Below are positions 6,576 to 15,800 of a stretch of 27,726 bases of DNA, piece after piece. The position numbers and the translations under genes were made by a program. Under the pieces are notes generated by a model. That model was not told the origin of the DNA, did no database searches, and saw only the letters and a program-made list of their open reading frames with translations. Every line of letters begins with the position of its first letter. The first letter of the stretch is position 1. The stretch lies in contig CAZJQC010000016.1 of the NCBI GenBank assembly GCA_964548195.1, positions 1-27,726 of the forward strand. Reading direction: 5' to 3'. Origin of the DNA: an uncultured bacterium (GTDB taxonomy: Bacteria; Macinerneyibacteriota; Macinerneyibacteria; Macinerneyibacteriales; DSCS01).

Positions 6576-9335
6576 GTGGATTACAAGGAGACTTTGAATC
6601 TTCCCCGTACAGGGTTCCCGATGAGGGCTAACCTTCCCGTGAAGGAAAAAGAGATACTGAAGGAATGGGCCGAGGGAAGCGGAATATACAGCGACATTTT
6701 AAACGCACGGGCCGATGCCCCCTCATTTATATTGCATGATGGTCCGCCTTATGCTAACGGCCAGATCCATATGGGGCACGCCCTTAACAAGACACTGAAG
6801 GACTTTGTGCTCAAATATAAGGCCCTGAAAGGTTTCAGGGTGCCCTATATACCGGGCTGGGATTGTCACGGGCTGCCCATAGAGCTCGGCGTTTCCAAAG
6901 AATACAAGGACATGGGGCTGAGTGTTGCGGAATTCCGCCATAAATGCAGGAACTCCGCGTTGAAATTTGTTGAGAAACAGGCCAAAGACTTCAAACGACT
7001 GGGTATTTTCGGCGACTGGGACTCTCCCTATCTGACTATTCAGCCGGAATATGAGGCAGGCGTGCTTGAGATTTTTAAAAGCCTGGTACTGGGCGGCTAT
7101 ATCTTCAAACAAAAGAAGCCCGTGTACTGGTGTCCCGGGTGTGAGACCGCACTGGCTGAAGCTGAGATCGAATATGACGATCATACATCTCCTTCCATAT
7201 ACGTAAAATTTGAAGACAAGTCGGAAAACGGGACTTATTACGTCATATGGACGACTACCCCGTGGACATTGCCGGCAAATGTCGCCATAGCCCTTCACCC
7301 CGATTTCACATATGTAAAGGTCGGAGTCATGGGCGAAAAATGGATCGTCGGGGAACCGCTTTTGTCCGATATGATGGATGATCTGGGCATCAGTGAGTAT
7401 AAAATACTTGAGAAATATAAAGGCAGCGATCTTGAACGCAAAGTTGCGCTGCATCCCTTCATAGAGGACAGGGAGAGTCTTATCGTCCTTGCGGATTATG
7501 TGACCGACGACGCCGGGACCGGCTGCGTCCACACCGCCCCCGGACACGGACAGGATGATTACGTGACCGGTTTGAGATACGGCCTGCCCATACTTAACCC
7601 TGTGGACGATTCAGGCCGCTATACGGACGAGTTCGCCGCTATGAAAGGCGTGCATGTCTTTGACGCCAATGACGCCGTGGTCGAACTGCTCAGAAAGAAA
7701 AATGCCCTGATAAAGGTCAGCTCAATATCGCATTCTTATCCCCATTGCTGGCGTTGTAAAAAGCCGGTGATATTCCGCGCGACAGAGCAGTGGTTCGTGA
7801 AGATCGACAATGACGGACTTCGAGGAAGGATACTTGACCGCATAAAAGAGACCAAATGGATACCCGAATGGGGCGAAAACCGGATTACGGCAATGGTGCA
7901 GGACAGGCCGGACTGGTGCATATCCAGACAACGCAGCTGGGGAGTGCCCATAACCATGTTCTATTGTCCCGAATGCGGAGAATATGCCATAGAGGAAGAT
8001 ATTATGGAGCGTGCCGTGCGTTTTGTGGAAAAAAACGGCTCGGACGGCTGGTTTACACACGATGAAGACGCAATACTCGGAGAACTGAACAGATGTCCCG
8101 GATGCGGCAGCAAGGGGCTGAAAAAGGACATGAACATACTCGATGTATGGTTCGAATCAGGTTCCAGCTATAAAAGCGTTGTTTCAAGGAGGAAGGACCT
8201 CGGTTTCCCGGCTGATCTCTATCTGGAGGGGTCTGATCAGCATCGCGGCTGGTTTAACAGCTCGATAACCCTCAGCACGGCCGAAAACGGCAGCGCGCCT
8301 TTCAAACAGGTGCTTACACACGGATTTATAGTCGACGGACAGGGGCGAAAGATGTCCAAGTCTCTGGGGAACGGCCTTGAACCCCAGGATATTATCGGCA
8401 AATACGGAGCTGATGTACTGCGTCTCTGGGTCGCTTCGGAAAATTACAGAAATGACATGCCCATATCGGAAGAGATCGTCGCCCGGGTCGCTGAAGCCTA
8501 TAGAAGGATAAGGAACACATTCAGGTTTATGCTTGGTGTGGTCGCTGATTTTAATCCCGATAAAGATGCGGTGCCCTTTGACGATATGCCCGAGATCGAC
8601 AGGTACATGACAATAAAGCTTGCTGAACTTGTGAAATATGTTGAGACAGCTTACGAGGAGTACGAGTTTCATAAAGTCTATCATTCGATACATAATTTTT
8701 GTTCGGTCAAGCTGTCATCTTTTTATCTTGACGGCTCAAAATCGGCCCTTTACGCCGACGGCAGGGATTGGATCTCAAGAAGGTCCACGCTCACCGTCAT
8801 ATGGAAGACACTCACATCACTTGTAAAGATGGTCTCGCCCATAATGCCTTTTACCGCCCATGAGATATGGGAGCATCTGAAGGAGAAGACGGAGCTTGAA
8901 AAAAACATACATCTCTCGTTATGGCCGGAAATGGAAAGACATGTGGATGAGCCTCTTACTGCGGATTGGACTAAGCTGGAGGAACTTCGCGAGGACATGA
9001 AGAAAGTACTGGAAGCTGAGCGAAGCGCAGGGATCATCGGCCATTCACTTGACGCTCGGCTGATCGTCTATTCTGAGGATGAGAGTGAGGCCGCGTTCCT
9101 TAAAAAACATCTTGATGACATAAAAAGGATAAACATAGTCTCTGAAGTGGCGTTTGAACATGTGGAAAACATGACGGCGTGTGATAAACATGAACGGATA
9201 ATGGTTTTTGCCGAGAAATCCGTGCATGGAAAATGTGAGCGGTGTTGGGAATATTCCGAATCGGTCGGGGATGATGAAAAACGGCCGGAATTATGTTCCA
9301 GATGTATAAATGTGCTGGACGGCGAAGGTAGGTGA
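6576..9335 (+). CDS. ileS: Isoleucine--tRNA ligase (type 1)
   Basis: 'HDGPPYANG.IHMGH', 'GWDCHGLPIE', 'WTTTPWTLP', 'GTGCVH', 'DWCISRQR', 'EGSDQHRGWF', 'KMSKS', C-terminal CERC...CSRC Zn finger; GTG start with SD gaggagg. Confidence 0.99.
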   Translation: MDYKETLNLPRTGFPMRANLPVKEKEILKEWAEGSGIYSDILNARADAPSFILHDGPPYANGQIHMGHALNKTLKDFVLKYKALKGFRVPYIPGWDCHGLPIELGVSKEYKDMGLSVAEFRHKCRNSALKFVEKQAKDFKRLGIFGDWDSPYLTIQPEYEAGVLEIFKSLVLGGYIFKQKKPVYWCPGCETALAEAEIEYDDHTSPSIYVKFEDKSENGTYYVIWTTTPWTLPANVAIALHPDFTYVKVGVMGEKWIVGEPLLSDMMDDLGISEYKILEKYKGSDLERKVALHPFIEDRESLIVLADYVTDDAGTGCVHTAPGHGQDDYVTGLRYGLPILNPVDDSGRYTDEFAAMKGVHVFDANDAVVELLRKKNALIKVSSISHSYPHCWRCKKPVIFRATEQWFVKIDNDGLRGRILDRIKETKWIPEWGENRITAMVQDRPDWCISRQRSWGVPITMFYCPECGEYAIEEDIMERAVRFVEKNGSDGWFTHDEDAILGELNRCPGCGSKGLKKDMNILDVWFESGSSYKSVVSRRKDLGFPADLYLEGSDQHRGWFNSSITLSTAENGSAPFKQVLTHGFIVDGQGRKMSKSLGNGLEPQDIIGKYGADVLRLWVASENYRNDMPISEEIVARVAEAYRRIRNTFRFMLGVVADFNPDKDAVPFDDMPEIDRYMTIKLAELVKYVETAYEEYEFHKVYHSIHNFCSVKLSSFYLDGSKSALYADGRDWISRRSTLTVIWKTLTSLVKMVSPIMPFTAHEIWEHLKEKTELEKNIHLSLWPEMERHVDEPLTADWTKLEELREDMKKVLEAERSAGIIGHSLDARLIVYSEDESEAAFLKKHLDDIKRINIVSEVAFEHVENMTACDKHERIMVFAEKSVHGKCERCWEYSESVGDDEKRPELCSRCINVLDGEGR

Positions 9336-9339
9336 TTCA

Positions 9340-9711
9340 ATGAAAAAAGACAGATTGGAATTCTATAAGAAGTATCTGCTTGACATGAAGGACAAGATCA
9401 TGCGGGACCTTGACTCAATAGAGGACCAGCATATACATCATTCTAACTCCAAGGAGTTCGGGGATTCTTCATACCCGATACATATGGCTGATGTGGCTGA
9501 TATAATGAGCGAGGCCGAGCTTGGTTTTAAACTTAAAAATTCTGAGGAAGTCATATTGATTGCCATTGATGCTGCGCTGAAACGAATAGAAGAGGGGACA
9601 TACGGCATTTGCCAGGACTGTGGAGCCCGCATCAGAGATGAGAGGCTGGATGTGATGCCTTTCGCGGTAAGATGCATAGCATGTAAGACTGAATATGAAA
9701 AAGCCAAATGA
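9340..9711 (+). CDS. TraR/DksA-family C4 zinc-finger protein
   Basis: Coiled coil with 'HMADVAD' tip, 'ALKRIEEGTYGICQDCG..I...RL..MP....CIAC'. Start placed at ATG 9340, just after the ileS stop. Confidence 0.88.
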   Translation: MKKDRLEFYKKYLLDMKDKIMRDLDSIEDQHIHHSNSKEFGDSSYPIHMADVADIMSEAELGFKLKNSEEVILIAIDAALKRIEEGTYGICQDCGARIRDERLDVMPFAVRCIACKTEYEKAK

Positions 9712-10177
9712 TTATTTGCTCATATTCGCCTCATTCTTTGCAGTTTTGATGGCAGATATGGTATCAAAGGAGATCGTCGACTCCTGTATGACGCTGAACC
9801 AGAGCGTCAGCGTCGCGGGCGATGTGATCAGGATGACATATTTGAAAAACAGCGGTATAGCATTCGGCATGTTCAGGGACATCTCCGGCATGCTTATCTG
9901 GCTTTCCTTGGCCGTCATGGCGGTGCTTTTGTTCAGTTTCAGGGGGCTGTTTTATCAGAAGACTATCGTAAAGGTGGCCTACGGTATGATACTTGGCGGG
10001 GCGTCGGGGAATATACTCGACAGAATAAGGTTCCAAAGCGTGCGCGACTTTATCGATGTGGGCGTAAACAGCTCACTGAGATGGCCGGTGTTCAATATAG
10101 CAGACAGTTTTATTTTCATAGGTATTTTCATAATAGTCTTGTTTTACAGAGAAAAAAGGAAGGAGAAGGTGTCCTGA
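9695..10177 (+). CDS. lspA: Lipoprotein signal peptidase II
   Basis: 'D.VSK', 'NSGIAFG', 'GGASGNILDR', 'VRDFI', 'WPVFNIADS'. Confidence 0.95.
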   Translation: MKKPNDYLLIFASFFAVLMADMVSKEIVDSCMTLNQSVSVAGDVIRMTYLKNSGIAFGMFRDISGMLIWLSLAVMAVLLFSFRGLFYQKTIVKVAYGMILGGASGNILDRIRFQSVRDFIDVGVNSSLRWPVFNIADSFIFIGIFIIVLFYREKRKEKVS

Positions 10178-11097
10178 TGAAACCTTTTAAGGGGCGGTCT
10201 ATCATATCGCTGAGCGATATGGATAAAGGTGAATTATTGTATCTCATCGAAAAATCCGGTGATGTCAAGAAGGGCAAGTACAGGGATTTTCTCCGCGACA
10301 AAGTCATAGCGTCACTCTTTTTTGAGCCCTCGACAAGGACGCGCCTTTCTTTTGAATCGGCCATACTTCGTCAGGGTGGGCGGATACTGGGTTTTTCATC
10401 AGCGGCGACCTCATCGGTGAAAAAGGGAGAGACCCTCACAGATACGATCAAGACCGTCACAGGCTATTGTGACCTGATTGTGATGAGACACAACATGGAG
10501 GGCGCGGCAAGACGCGCGGCAGAGGCTGCCGATGTACCCGTCATAAATGCGGGCGACGGCGCCAATCAGCACCCTACGCAGACATTTTTGGATATTTTCA
10601 CCATGATGGAAAAGAAAAAACACATTGACGGACTCAAGATCGGCCTGGTAGGCGACCTTAAATACGGACGCACGACACATTCACTACTGGTCGCGCTTTC
10701 ATATTTTGATGTCAAACTTGTTTTTATCTCCCCGAAAGAGCTTAAGATGCCCCAGTATTACCTTGATTATCTGGCCAGCAAAAAAATAGATTTTTATGAG
10801 GCGGATGCCATAGATGAAAGATGCGAAGAGCTCGATTTTCTTTATTGCACAAGGATACAGAAGGAGCGTTTTTTTGATCCAATGGAATATGAAAGGGTGA
10901 AGGGCTCTTACATAATAGATGCGGAATCGGTGAAGGCGCTGGGTAAAGAGACATTTATCATGCATCCTCTGCCCAGGGTCGACGAAATATCCGCTGACAT
11001 AGACGATGACACGCGGGCGATCTATTTTGAACAGGCCCATAACGGCGTGCCGGTGAGACAGGCGCTGATCGGGCTTGTCACCGGAGCCATAGAATAA
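10177..11097 (+). CDS. pyrB: Aspartate carbamoyltransferase catalytic subunit
   Basis: 'FFEPSTRTRLSFE', 'KGETL.DT', 'NAGDG.NQHPTQ', 'GDLKYGRT', 'TRIQKER', 'HPLPR'. Start ATG 10177 overlaps the lspA TGA. Confidence 0.97.
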   Translation: MKPFKGRSIISLSDMDKGELLYLIEKSGDVKKGKYRDFLRDKVIASLFFEPSTRTRLSFESAILRQGGRILGFSSAATSSVKKGETLTDTIKTVTGYCDLIVMRHNMEGAARRAAEAADVPVINAGDGANQHPTQTFLDIFTMMEKKKHIDGLKIGLVGDLKYGRTTHSLLVALSYFDVKLVFISPKELKMPQYYLDYLASKKIDFYEADAIDERCEELDFLYCTRIQKERFFDPMEYERVKGSYIIDAESVKALGKETFIMHPLPRVDEISADIDDDTRAIYFEQAHNGVPVRQALIGLVTGAIE

Positions 11098-11107
11098 GGA
11101 GGATGCG

Positions 11108-11575
11108 ATGAGTGAGGAACGCAGCTACAGGGTCTTTAAAATCTCCGACGGGACTGTAATAGACCACATCCCGTCCCCCAAAGGACTTCTTGTTTTGGAT
11201 ATACTCGGCCATAAAAACGAGGGTATCATATCCATCGGACTTAATTTCGAGTCGGAAAAAAGCGGCAAGAAAGACCTTATAAAGTTTGAGAATAAGATCA
11301 TAGACAAGGAAGAGACGGATAAGATATCGCTTATAGCCCCCAGGGCTACGATCAATATAATCAAAAACGGAAAAGTGGTGGAGAAAAGAGCCATGGATGT
11401 GCCGGATCACATAGACGGTTTTCTGAAATGCATGAACCCCAACTGTATGACAAACAATGAAAAGATCCCGGCTTCTTTTGATATAATCGACAAGGACGCC
11501 GTAAAGGTAAAATGCAAATATTGTGAACGGGTCTGGGAAGTCTCTCCTGAGATGATAGAAAAGGGCCTGAAATGA
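11108..11575 (+). CDS. pyrI: Aspartate carbamoyltransferase regulatory subunit
   Basis: 'GTVIDHI', 'KKDLIK', 'AP.ATINII', Zn ligands 'CMNPNC' and 'CKYC'. Confidence 0.95.
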   Translation: MSEERSYRVFKISDGTVIDHIPSPKGLLVLDILGHKNEGIISIGLNFESEKSGKKDLIKFENKIIDKEETDKISLIAPRATINIIKNGKVVEKRAMDVPDHIDGFLKCMNPNCMTNNEKIPASFDIIDKDAVKVKCKYCERVWEVSPEMIEKGLK

Positions 11576-12000
11576 GTAAAGACATCTTTACGGAGCTGGA
11601 GTTTAATTTCAGGCGCTTTTATGGACGCCTTTTTAAATACGGCCGTTCAAAAATATCGGAGTTCGGATTGTCGGATTCACAGTTCAATATCATCGTCGCT
11701 ATATATTTTCACGGTTCGCAAAGCCTTAAGGACCTCTGTGAGTCTCTTATGCTGGCCCCCAGCACCATCTCGGAGATGATAGTCCGAATGGAAGATGCGG
11801 GGCTTGTCGTGAAAGAACGCGACCGTGACGATAAGAGAAAAATAATAATCGGATTGACCGAAGAGAGCCGGAAGATCGTGAAAAGTGTGATCGAGGCACG
11901 TGTCAAATACGTAAAAAAAATAAGTTCGGGCATTGAAAAAGAGACGTTGCTCACACTTTCAGATACCTTGTCCAGGATGCTTGAATGCCGGGATTTATAA
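11572..12000 (+). CDS. MarR-family transcriptional regulator
   Basis: 'GLSDSQF', wHTH 'STISEMIVRME..GLV...RD.DDKR...I.LT'. Confidence 0.88.
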   Translation: MSKDIFTELEFNFRRFYGRLFKYGRSKISEFGLSDSQFNIIVAIYFHGSQSLKDLCESLMLAPSTISEMIVRMEDAGLVVKERDRDDKRKIIIGLTEESRKIVKSVIEARVKYVKKISSGIEKETLLTLSDTLSRMLECRDL

Positions 12001-12998
12001 CCGACCCCGAGATTTTTCTTCCCCGTGATCCTGCGGTCCTTGAGACTGCTGCGAAATACCCCATGAAAGTCACGGAGTATTACGCTTCCCTTATAGCCCC
12101 GGGTGATCTTGAAGACCCGGTGTTCCGTCAGTTTTTCCCCTCGCCGCGAGAGATGGAAGACCATGGGTTGTCGCGCGACCCCTTCGCGGAAGAGCTGAAA
12201 CAGCATGTCCCCGGACTTATACACAGATACAAAAACAGGGCCGTACTGATCACCGGCAATATTTGCGCCGTGAACTGCAGGCATTGCATGAGGAAAAGAA
12301 ATTGGTCCGGGAAGCCGTTTGTCATCTCGGGAGATGAGATCGCGGCCGCCGCTGAATACTGCCGTCTGAATGATATCCGGGATGTAATAGTCTCCGGGGG
12401 CGATCCGCTTATGATACCCCCCGAAGTCCTGGAGGAGATACTGGAGAGGTTCAGCCGCATAAAGAGCGTTGGCGTCATCAGGATAGGGACCCGAATACCG
12501 GTGGTGGACCCTGACAGGGTCTCCGAACGGCATATGCGTCTGTTTTCCAGATTTGACAACCTGTTCATGCTCACCCATTACAACCATCCTGCAGAGCTTA
12601 CCCCCCGTTCTCTTAAGCTGCTGAGACGTTTAAAAAGACATTGTACCATTCTAAATCAGTCAGTCCTGCTGAAAGGCGTGAACGACAAAAAAGAGACGCT
12701 CTCCGCATTGTTCATGGGCCTTGTCTCAGCCGGTGTAAAACCCTATTATCTGCATCAATGCGACCTTGTGGACAGTGTGACCCATTTTTGGGTCCCTCCC
12801 GAAGAAGGGCTGAGGCTGATGAATGCCGTGAGGAGGGAGGTCTCAGGTATTGCCTTGCCGTATTACGCTATCGACCTGCCCATGGGAAAGGGAAAAGTGC
12901 TTCTCGGACCGGAGTATCGCCTCGAAAAAGAGGGTGACGGTTATATCTTTTATGACATGGAAGGGAAAAAGGCCCTGTATGGCTATGACAACCGATAA
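11985..12998 (+). CDS. KamA-family radical SAM/PLP enzyme (lysine 2,3-aminomutase/EpmB-like)
   Basis: 'HRYKNR', 'CAVNCRHCMRKR', 'SGGDPL', 'IRIGTR.PV', 'HYNHP.E', 'NQSVLLKGVND', 'PYYLHQCD', 'GKGKV'. Confidence 0.9.
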   Translation: MPGFITDPEIFLPRDPAVLETAAKYPMKVTEYYASLIAPGDLEDPVFRQFFPSPREMEDHGLSRDPFAEELKQHVPGLIHRYKNRAVLITGNICAVNCRHCMRKRNWSGKPFVISGDEIAAAAEYCRLNDIRDVIVSGGDPLMIPPEVLEEILERFSRIKSVGVIRIGTRIPVVDPDRVSERHMRLFSRFDNLFMLTHYNHPAELTPRSLKLLRRLKRHCTILNQSVLLKGVNDKKETLSALFMGLVSAGVKPYYLHQCDLVDSVTHFWVPPEEGLRLMNAVRREVSGIALPYYAIDLPMGKGKVLLGPEYRLEKEGDGYIFYDMEGKKALYGYDNR

Positions 12999-13545
12999 AA
13001 AACAGATACGCGACAGATGCGTCTCAATACGCCGGGCGATGACGGCCGCTGAGATAAGGCAAAAGAGCATGGCGATCATATCGGTTTTTATGGATTCCGG
13101 ACTGTATGTCTCCAACGATGTCTTTCATCTCTATTATCCGATCAACAATGAAGTGGATCTGAGAGGCCTGATGGGACGGATCTGGACGGACGGCAAACTT
13201 CTTATGATGCCCCGGACGGATTTTTCACGCCGGGAGATCATAAATTATTTTGTTAACTCGACGGAAGAACTTGAAAAGACCAGGTTTTCCATGATGGAGC
13301 CGGATCCGCTCCGATGCCGGGCAGCAGATATTCCGCCTGACGTAATACTTGTGCCTGGTGTGGCTTTTTCGCCCGGCAAAGTCCGTCTCGGATACGGCGG
13401 CGGCTTCTATGACCGGTTTCTGGCGGCCTCTGACGCCCTTAAGATCGGAGTGGCGTTTTCCTGTCAGGTCTTGCCGGAGCTCCCTGCCGAGGCGCATGAT
13501 GTGCGGATGGATGCCATTATCACCGAAAACGGCATGATCTCATAA
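12985..13545 (+). CDS. 5-formyltetrahydrofolate cyclo-ligase
   Basis: 'K..IR', 'NEVD', 'MEP', 'VPGVAF....RLGYGGGFYDRFL', 'HDVRMDAIITE'. Start ATG 12979 or 12985 (ORF track start 12850 lies deep inside the KamA gene). Confidence 0.92.
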   Translation: MTTDKKQIRDRCVSIRRAMTAAEIRQKSMAIISVFMDSGLYVSNDVFHLYYPINNEVDLRGLMGRIWTDGKLLMMPRTDFSRREIINYFVNSTEELEKTRFSMMEPDPLRCRAADIPPDVILVPGVAFSPGKVRLGYGGGFYDRFLAASDALKIGVAFSCQVLPELPAEAHDVRMDAIITENGMIS

Positions 13546-13548
13546 TTC

Positions 13549-13577
13549 TTGACCTGACTCCTTTCAGGTGATATCTT
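13549..13577 (+). promoter_or_regulatory. sigma70 promoter TTGACC-17-TATCTT with extended TG
   Basis: ttgacc 13549-13554; tg-a-tatctt ending 13577; upstream of thioesterase-birA-DtxR genes. Confidence 0.6.
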
Positions 13578-13610
13578 AACAAAGTTAGACTGAGATAAAA
13601 AGGCGGTCAT

Positions 13611-14009
13611 ATGTTTCATTACAGGGTCATATACGGCGACACGGATCAGATGGGCGTGATGTACCATGCCAATTATCTTAGATTGTTCGAGATCGGCAGG
13701 AATGAATTGTTTCGCGAGTCCGGGAGATCATATCGGGAACTTGAAGGCAGAAAAATATTCCTTCCGGTAAAAGAAGCATATTGCAAGTATATACTGCCGG
13801 CGAAATATGATGATCTCATTGCCATACGGTGCACGGTCGGCAGACTTACAAGAGCTTCCGTCAGATTTGACTATGAGCTCAAAAGAGACGGGTTGAAACT
13901 GGCGTCGGGATACACGCTGCATCCGTATGTGTCCGAAGGCGGGCGCTTGCTGCGGTTCACGGAAGCCGAGATGAAAGACCTTTTTGGAGATATTGATGCG
14001 ATGGATTGA
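13611..14009 (+). CDS. YbgC/FadM-family acyl-CoA thioesterase (hotdog fold)
   Basis: 'RVIYGDTDQMGVMYHANYLRLFEIGR', 'Y..PAKYDD'. Confidence 0.9.
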   Translation: MFHYRVIYGDTDQMGVMYHANYLRLFEIGRNELFRESGRSYRELEGRKIFLPVKEAYCKYILPAKYDDLIAIRCTVGRLTRASVRFDYELKRDGLKLASGYTLHPYVSEGGRLLRFTEAEMKDLFGDIDAMD

Positions 14010-14688
14010 ATTGGAAAGCACTGATTCCACGAACACATACCTATACGGCCTGATCTCCGGAGGTTCATGCGTGTTGCCATGCGCGGTGTTGTCCGTCGAG
14101 CAGAAAAGCGGAGCCGGAAGACGCGGCAGACCCTGGTCTTCGAATAGAGGCGGATTGTATTTGAGTTATTGCCCCGGCATGCTGGAGCCGGATGACGCGT
14201 TTGTATGGCCTCTGGCCGCGGCCTGCGCCGTGCATAAATATCTTGCGGAATCCACTTCACTGGAGGGATTCAGGATAAAATGGCCGAACGACATATACCA
14301 CGGTGACCAAAAGATAGCGGGGATACTGACAAAAGGCGTCAGCGGCCCGGACGGCTTTTACATAATAGTGGGCATAGGTTTGAACATATATAACACCGTG
14401 CCGCTGAATGGGACTGTAAACCTGAAAGAACTGGTGCCGGACTGGAACAGAGACATACGAGACACCGCGGAATCTATATTGTCGCATATCGGCGAACGGC
14501 CCGAAAGGCAGAAGACCGCGGATTATGTCAACAGGTATCTCTGGGGGAAAAACGAGACCAAGACTGTAAGCTCCGGGGGCGTGGAATTTGAAGCTTTGCT
14601 GAGATGTGTCTCATGTGATCTTTCCCTTGTCATGGAAAAACCTCCGGGGGGAGATACCGTGATGATGAATATCGGTGAAGTACTGTAG
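13996..14688 (+). CDS. birA: Biotin--protein ligase, catalytic domain only (no N-terminal HTH)
   Basis: 'DSTN', 'Q..GAGRRGRPW.S', 'IKWPND', 'KIAGIL', 'GIGLN'. Start ATG 13996 after SD ggag. Confidence 0.88.
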   Translation: MRWIELESTDSTNTYLYGLISGGSCVLPCAVLSVEQKSGAGRRGRPWSSNRGGLYLSYCPGMLEPDDAFVWPLAAACAVHKYLAESTSLEGFRIKWPNDIYHGDQKIAGILTKGVSGPDGFYIIVGIGLNIYNTVPLNGTVNLKELVPDWNRDIRDTAESILSHIGERPERQKTADYVNRYLWGKNETKTVSSGGVEFEALLRCVSCDLSLVMEKPPGGDTVMMNIGEVL

Positions 14689-14699
14689 AGGAGAGTGCG

Positions 14700-15092
14700 A
14701 TGGTCAAATTGTCAAGAAGTCAGGAAGATTATCTGGAGGCTCTGTTCATCATATCAAAGAACAAGAGGGCTGTGAGGGTCAAGGACGTGTCCTCATTTCT
14801 GGATGTCAAAAACCCGTCGGTGCTAAAAGCCGTCAGACACCTTGAAGACACCGGACTGGCAAGGCATGAACATTATGGATATATCGAGCTTACGGCGGAA
14901 GGGTATGACTATGCTGCAAAGATCTACCAAAAACACATGATGATCATGGACTTTTTCACGGACGTCCTTGGAGTCCCCGAAGACATTGCCGAACAAGACG
15001 CCTGCAAAATGGAACATTTTCTTCACAAGATCACTTTGGAGAAGATGGAAAAGTACCTTGGCGAATCGAAGAAACCCCGCGACGGCGAGTGA
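14700..15092 (+). CDS. DtxR/MntR-family metal-dependent transcriptional regulator (no FeoA domain)
   Basis: 'EDYLE', HTH 'V..PSV', 'YGYIELT', 'DACKMEH'; 130 aa. Confidence 0.9.
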   Translation: MVKLSRSQEDYLEALFIISKNKRAVRVKDVSSFLDVKNPSVLKAVRHLEDTGLARHEHYGYIELTAEGYDYAAKIYQKHMMIMDFFTDVLGVPEDIAEQDACKMEHFLHKITLEKMEKYLGESKKPRDGE

Positions 15093-15109
15093 TATCGCTT
15101 ATATTTCAC

Positions 15110-15137
15110 TTGCAATGTCGTCGGTATGATGTAATAT
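15110..15137 (+). promoter_or_regulatory. sigma70 promoter TTGCAA-16-TAATAT, 6 nt upstream of the cmk ATG
   Basis: ttgcaa 15110-15115, taatat 15132-15137, ccgctt, ATG 15144; no SD. Confidence 0.55.
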
Positions 15138-15143
15138 CCGCTT

Positions 15144-15800
15144 ATGAAAACCGCATATAAAGTGACCGTCGACGGGCCGGCCGGAGCCGGGAAAAGCACT
15201 GTTGCCAAAATGGTCGCGGAAAAAGCGTCTCTGCTTTATCTTGACACAGGAGCGATGTACAGATGTGTGGCCCTTATCGCACATAATACCGGCGCGGATC
15301 CCGCCTCTGCGGCTGAGACACTCCACTTTGAGATCGTGTACAGTGAAGGCTGCAAACACATAATATCCAACGGCATCGATGTCACCTCTGACATCCGCAC
15401 GCCCCTGATCGACAGGCTTGTGTCAGAAACGGCCGATAATATGGCTGTCAGGCGGACACTTGTGAAAAAACAGCGCGAGCTGGCACGAAATAAAAGGGTG
15501 ATACTGGATGGCAGGGACACGGGAACTGTCGTGTTCCCCGACGCCGACATCAAATTTTACCTTGACGCCTCTGTCGAGGTCCGGGCGGAACGCCGGCTGA
15601 AAGAATCCGTGGAAAAAGGCTTTCACACGGACTTTGAGACACTGCGGCTTGATATTATACGCAGGGATGATGCGGACCGTTCCCGTGAATGGGGCGCTTT
15701 GAAGATCCCGGATGACGCGATAGTCGTGGATACGGGGAATATGTCGGTCGAAGAGGTCGTTGAAAAATTGTTATATTATATCGGTGAAGATGAAGATTAA
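15144..15800 (+). CDS. cmk: Cytidylate kinase
   Basis: 'DGPAGAGKST', 'LDTGAMYR', 'DGRD.GTVVFPDA..K.YL.AS', 'RD..D..R'. Confidence 0.96.
   Translation: MKTAYKVTVDGPAGAGKSTVAKMVAEKASLLYLDTGAMYRCVALIAHNTGADPASAAETLHFEIVYSEGCKHIISNGIDVTSDIRTPLIDRLVSETADNMAVRRTLVKKQRELARNKRVILDGRDTGTVVFPDADIKFYLDASVEVRAERRLKESVEKGFHTDFETLRLDIIRRDDADRSREWGALKIPDDAIVVDTGNMSVEEVVEKLLYYIGEDED

Noticed and set aside
5612..7547. Long antisense ORFs 5612-6400 (262 aa) and 6723-7547 (274 aa)
   Set aside because: Shadows of well-supported plus-strand genes; no recognisable motifs or ribosome-binding sites.
10081..10176. N-terminal extensions in the ORF track (pyrB from 10081; also yggS, cyclo-ligase, panD, plsC)
   Set aside because: Family homology and SD positions support later starts; the extensions overlap upstream genes or promoters.
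11709..12587. 292-aa antisense ORF over MarR/KamA
   Set aside because: Fully overlaps motif-rich genes; no family features.
12940..12998. 6S RNA upstream of the 5-formyl-THF cyclo-ligase (ssrS-ygfA arrangement)
   Set aside because: No intergenic space; the KamA-like gene overlaps the start.
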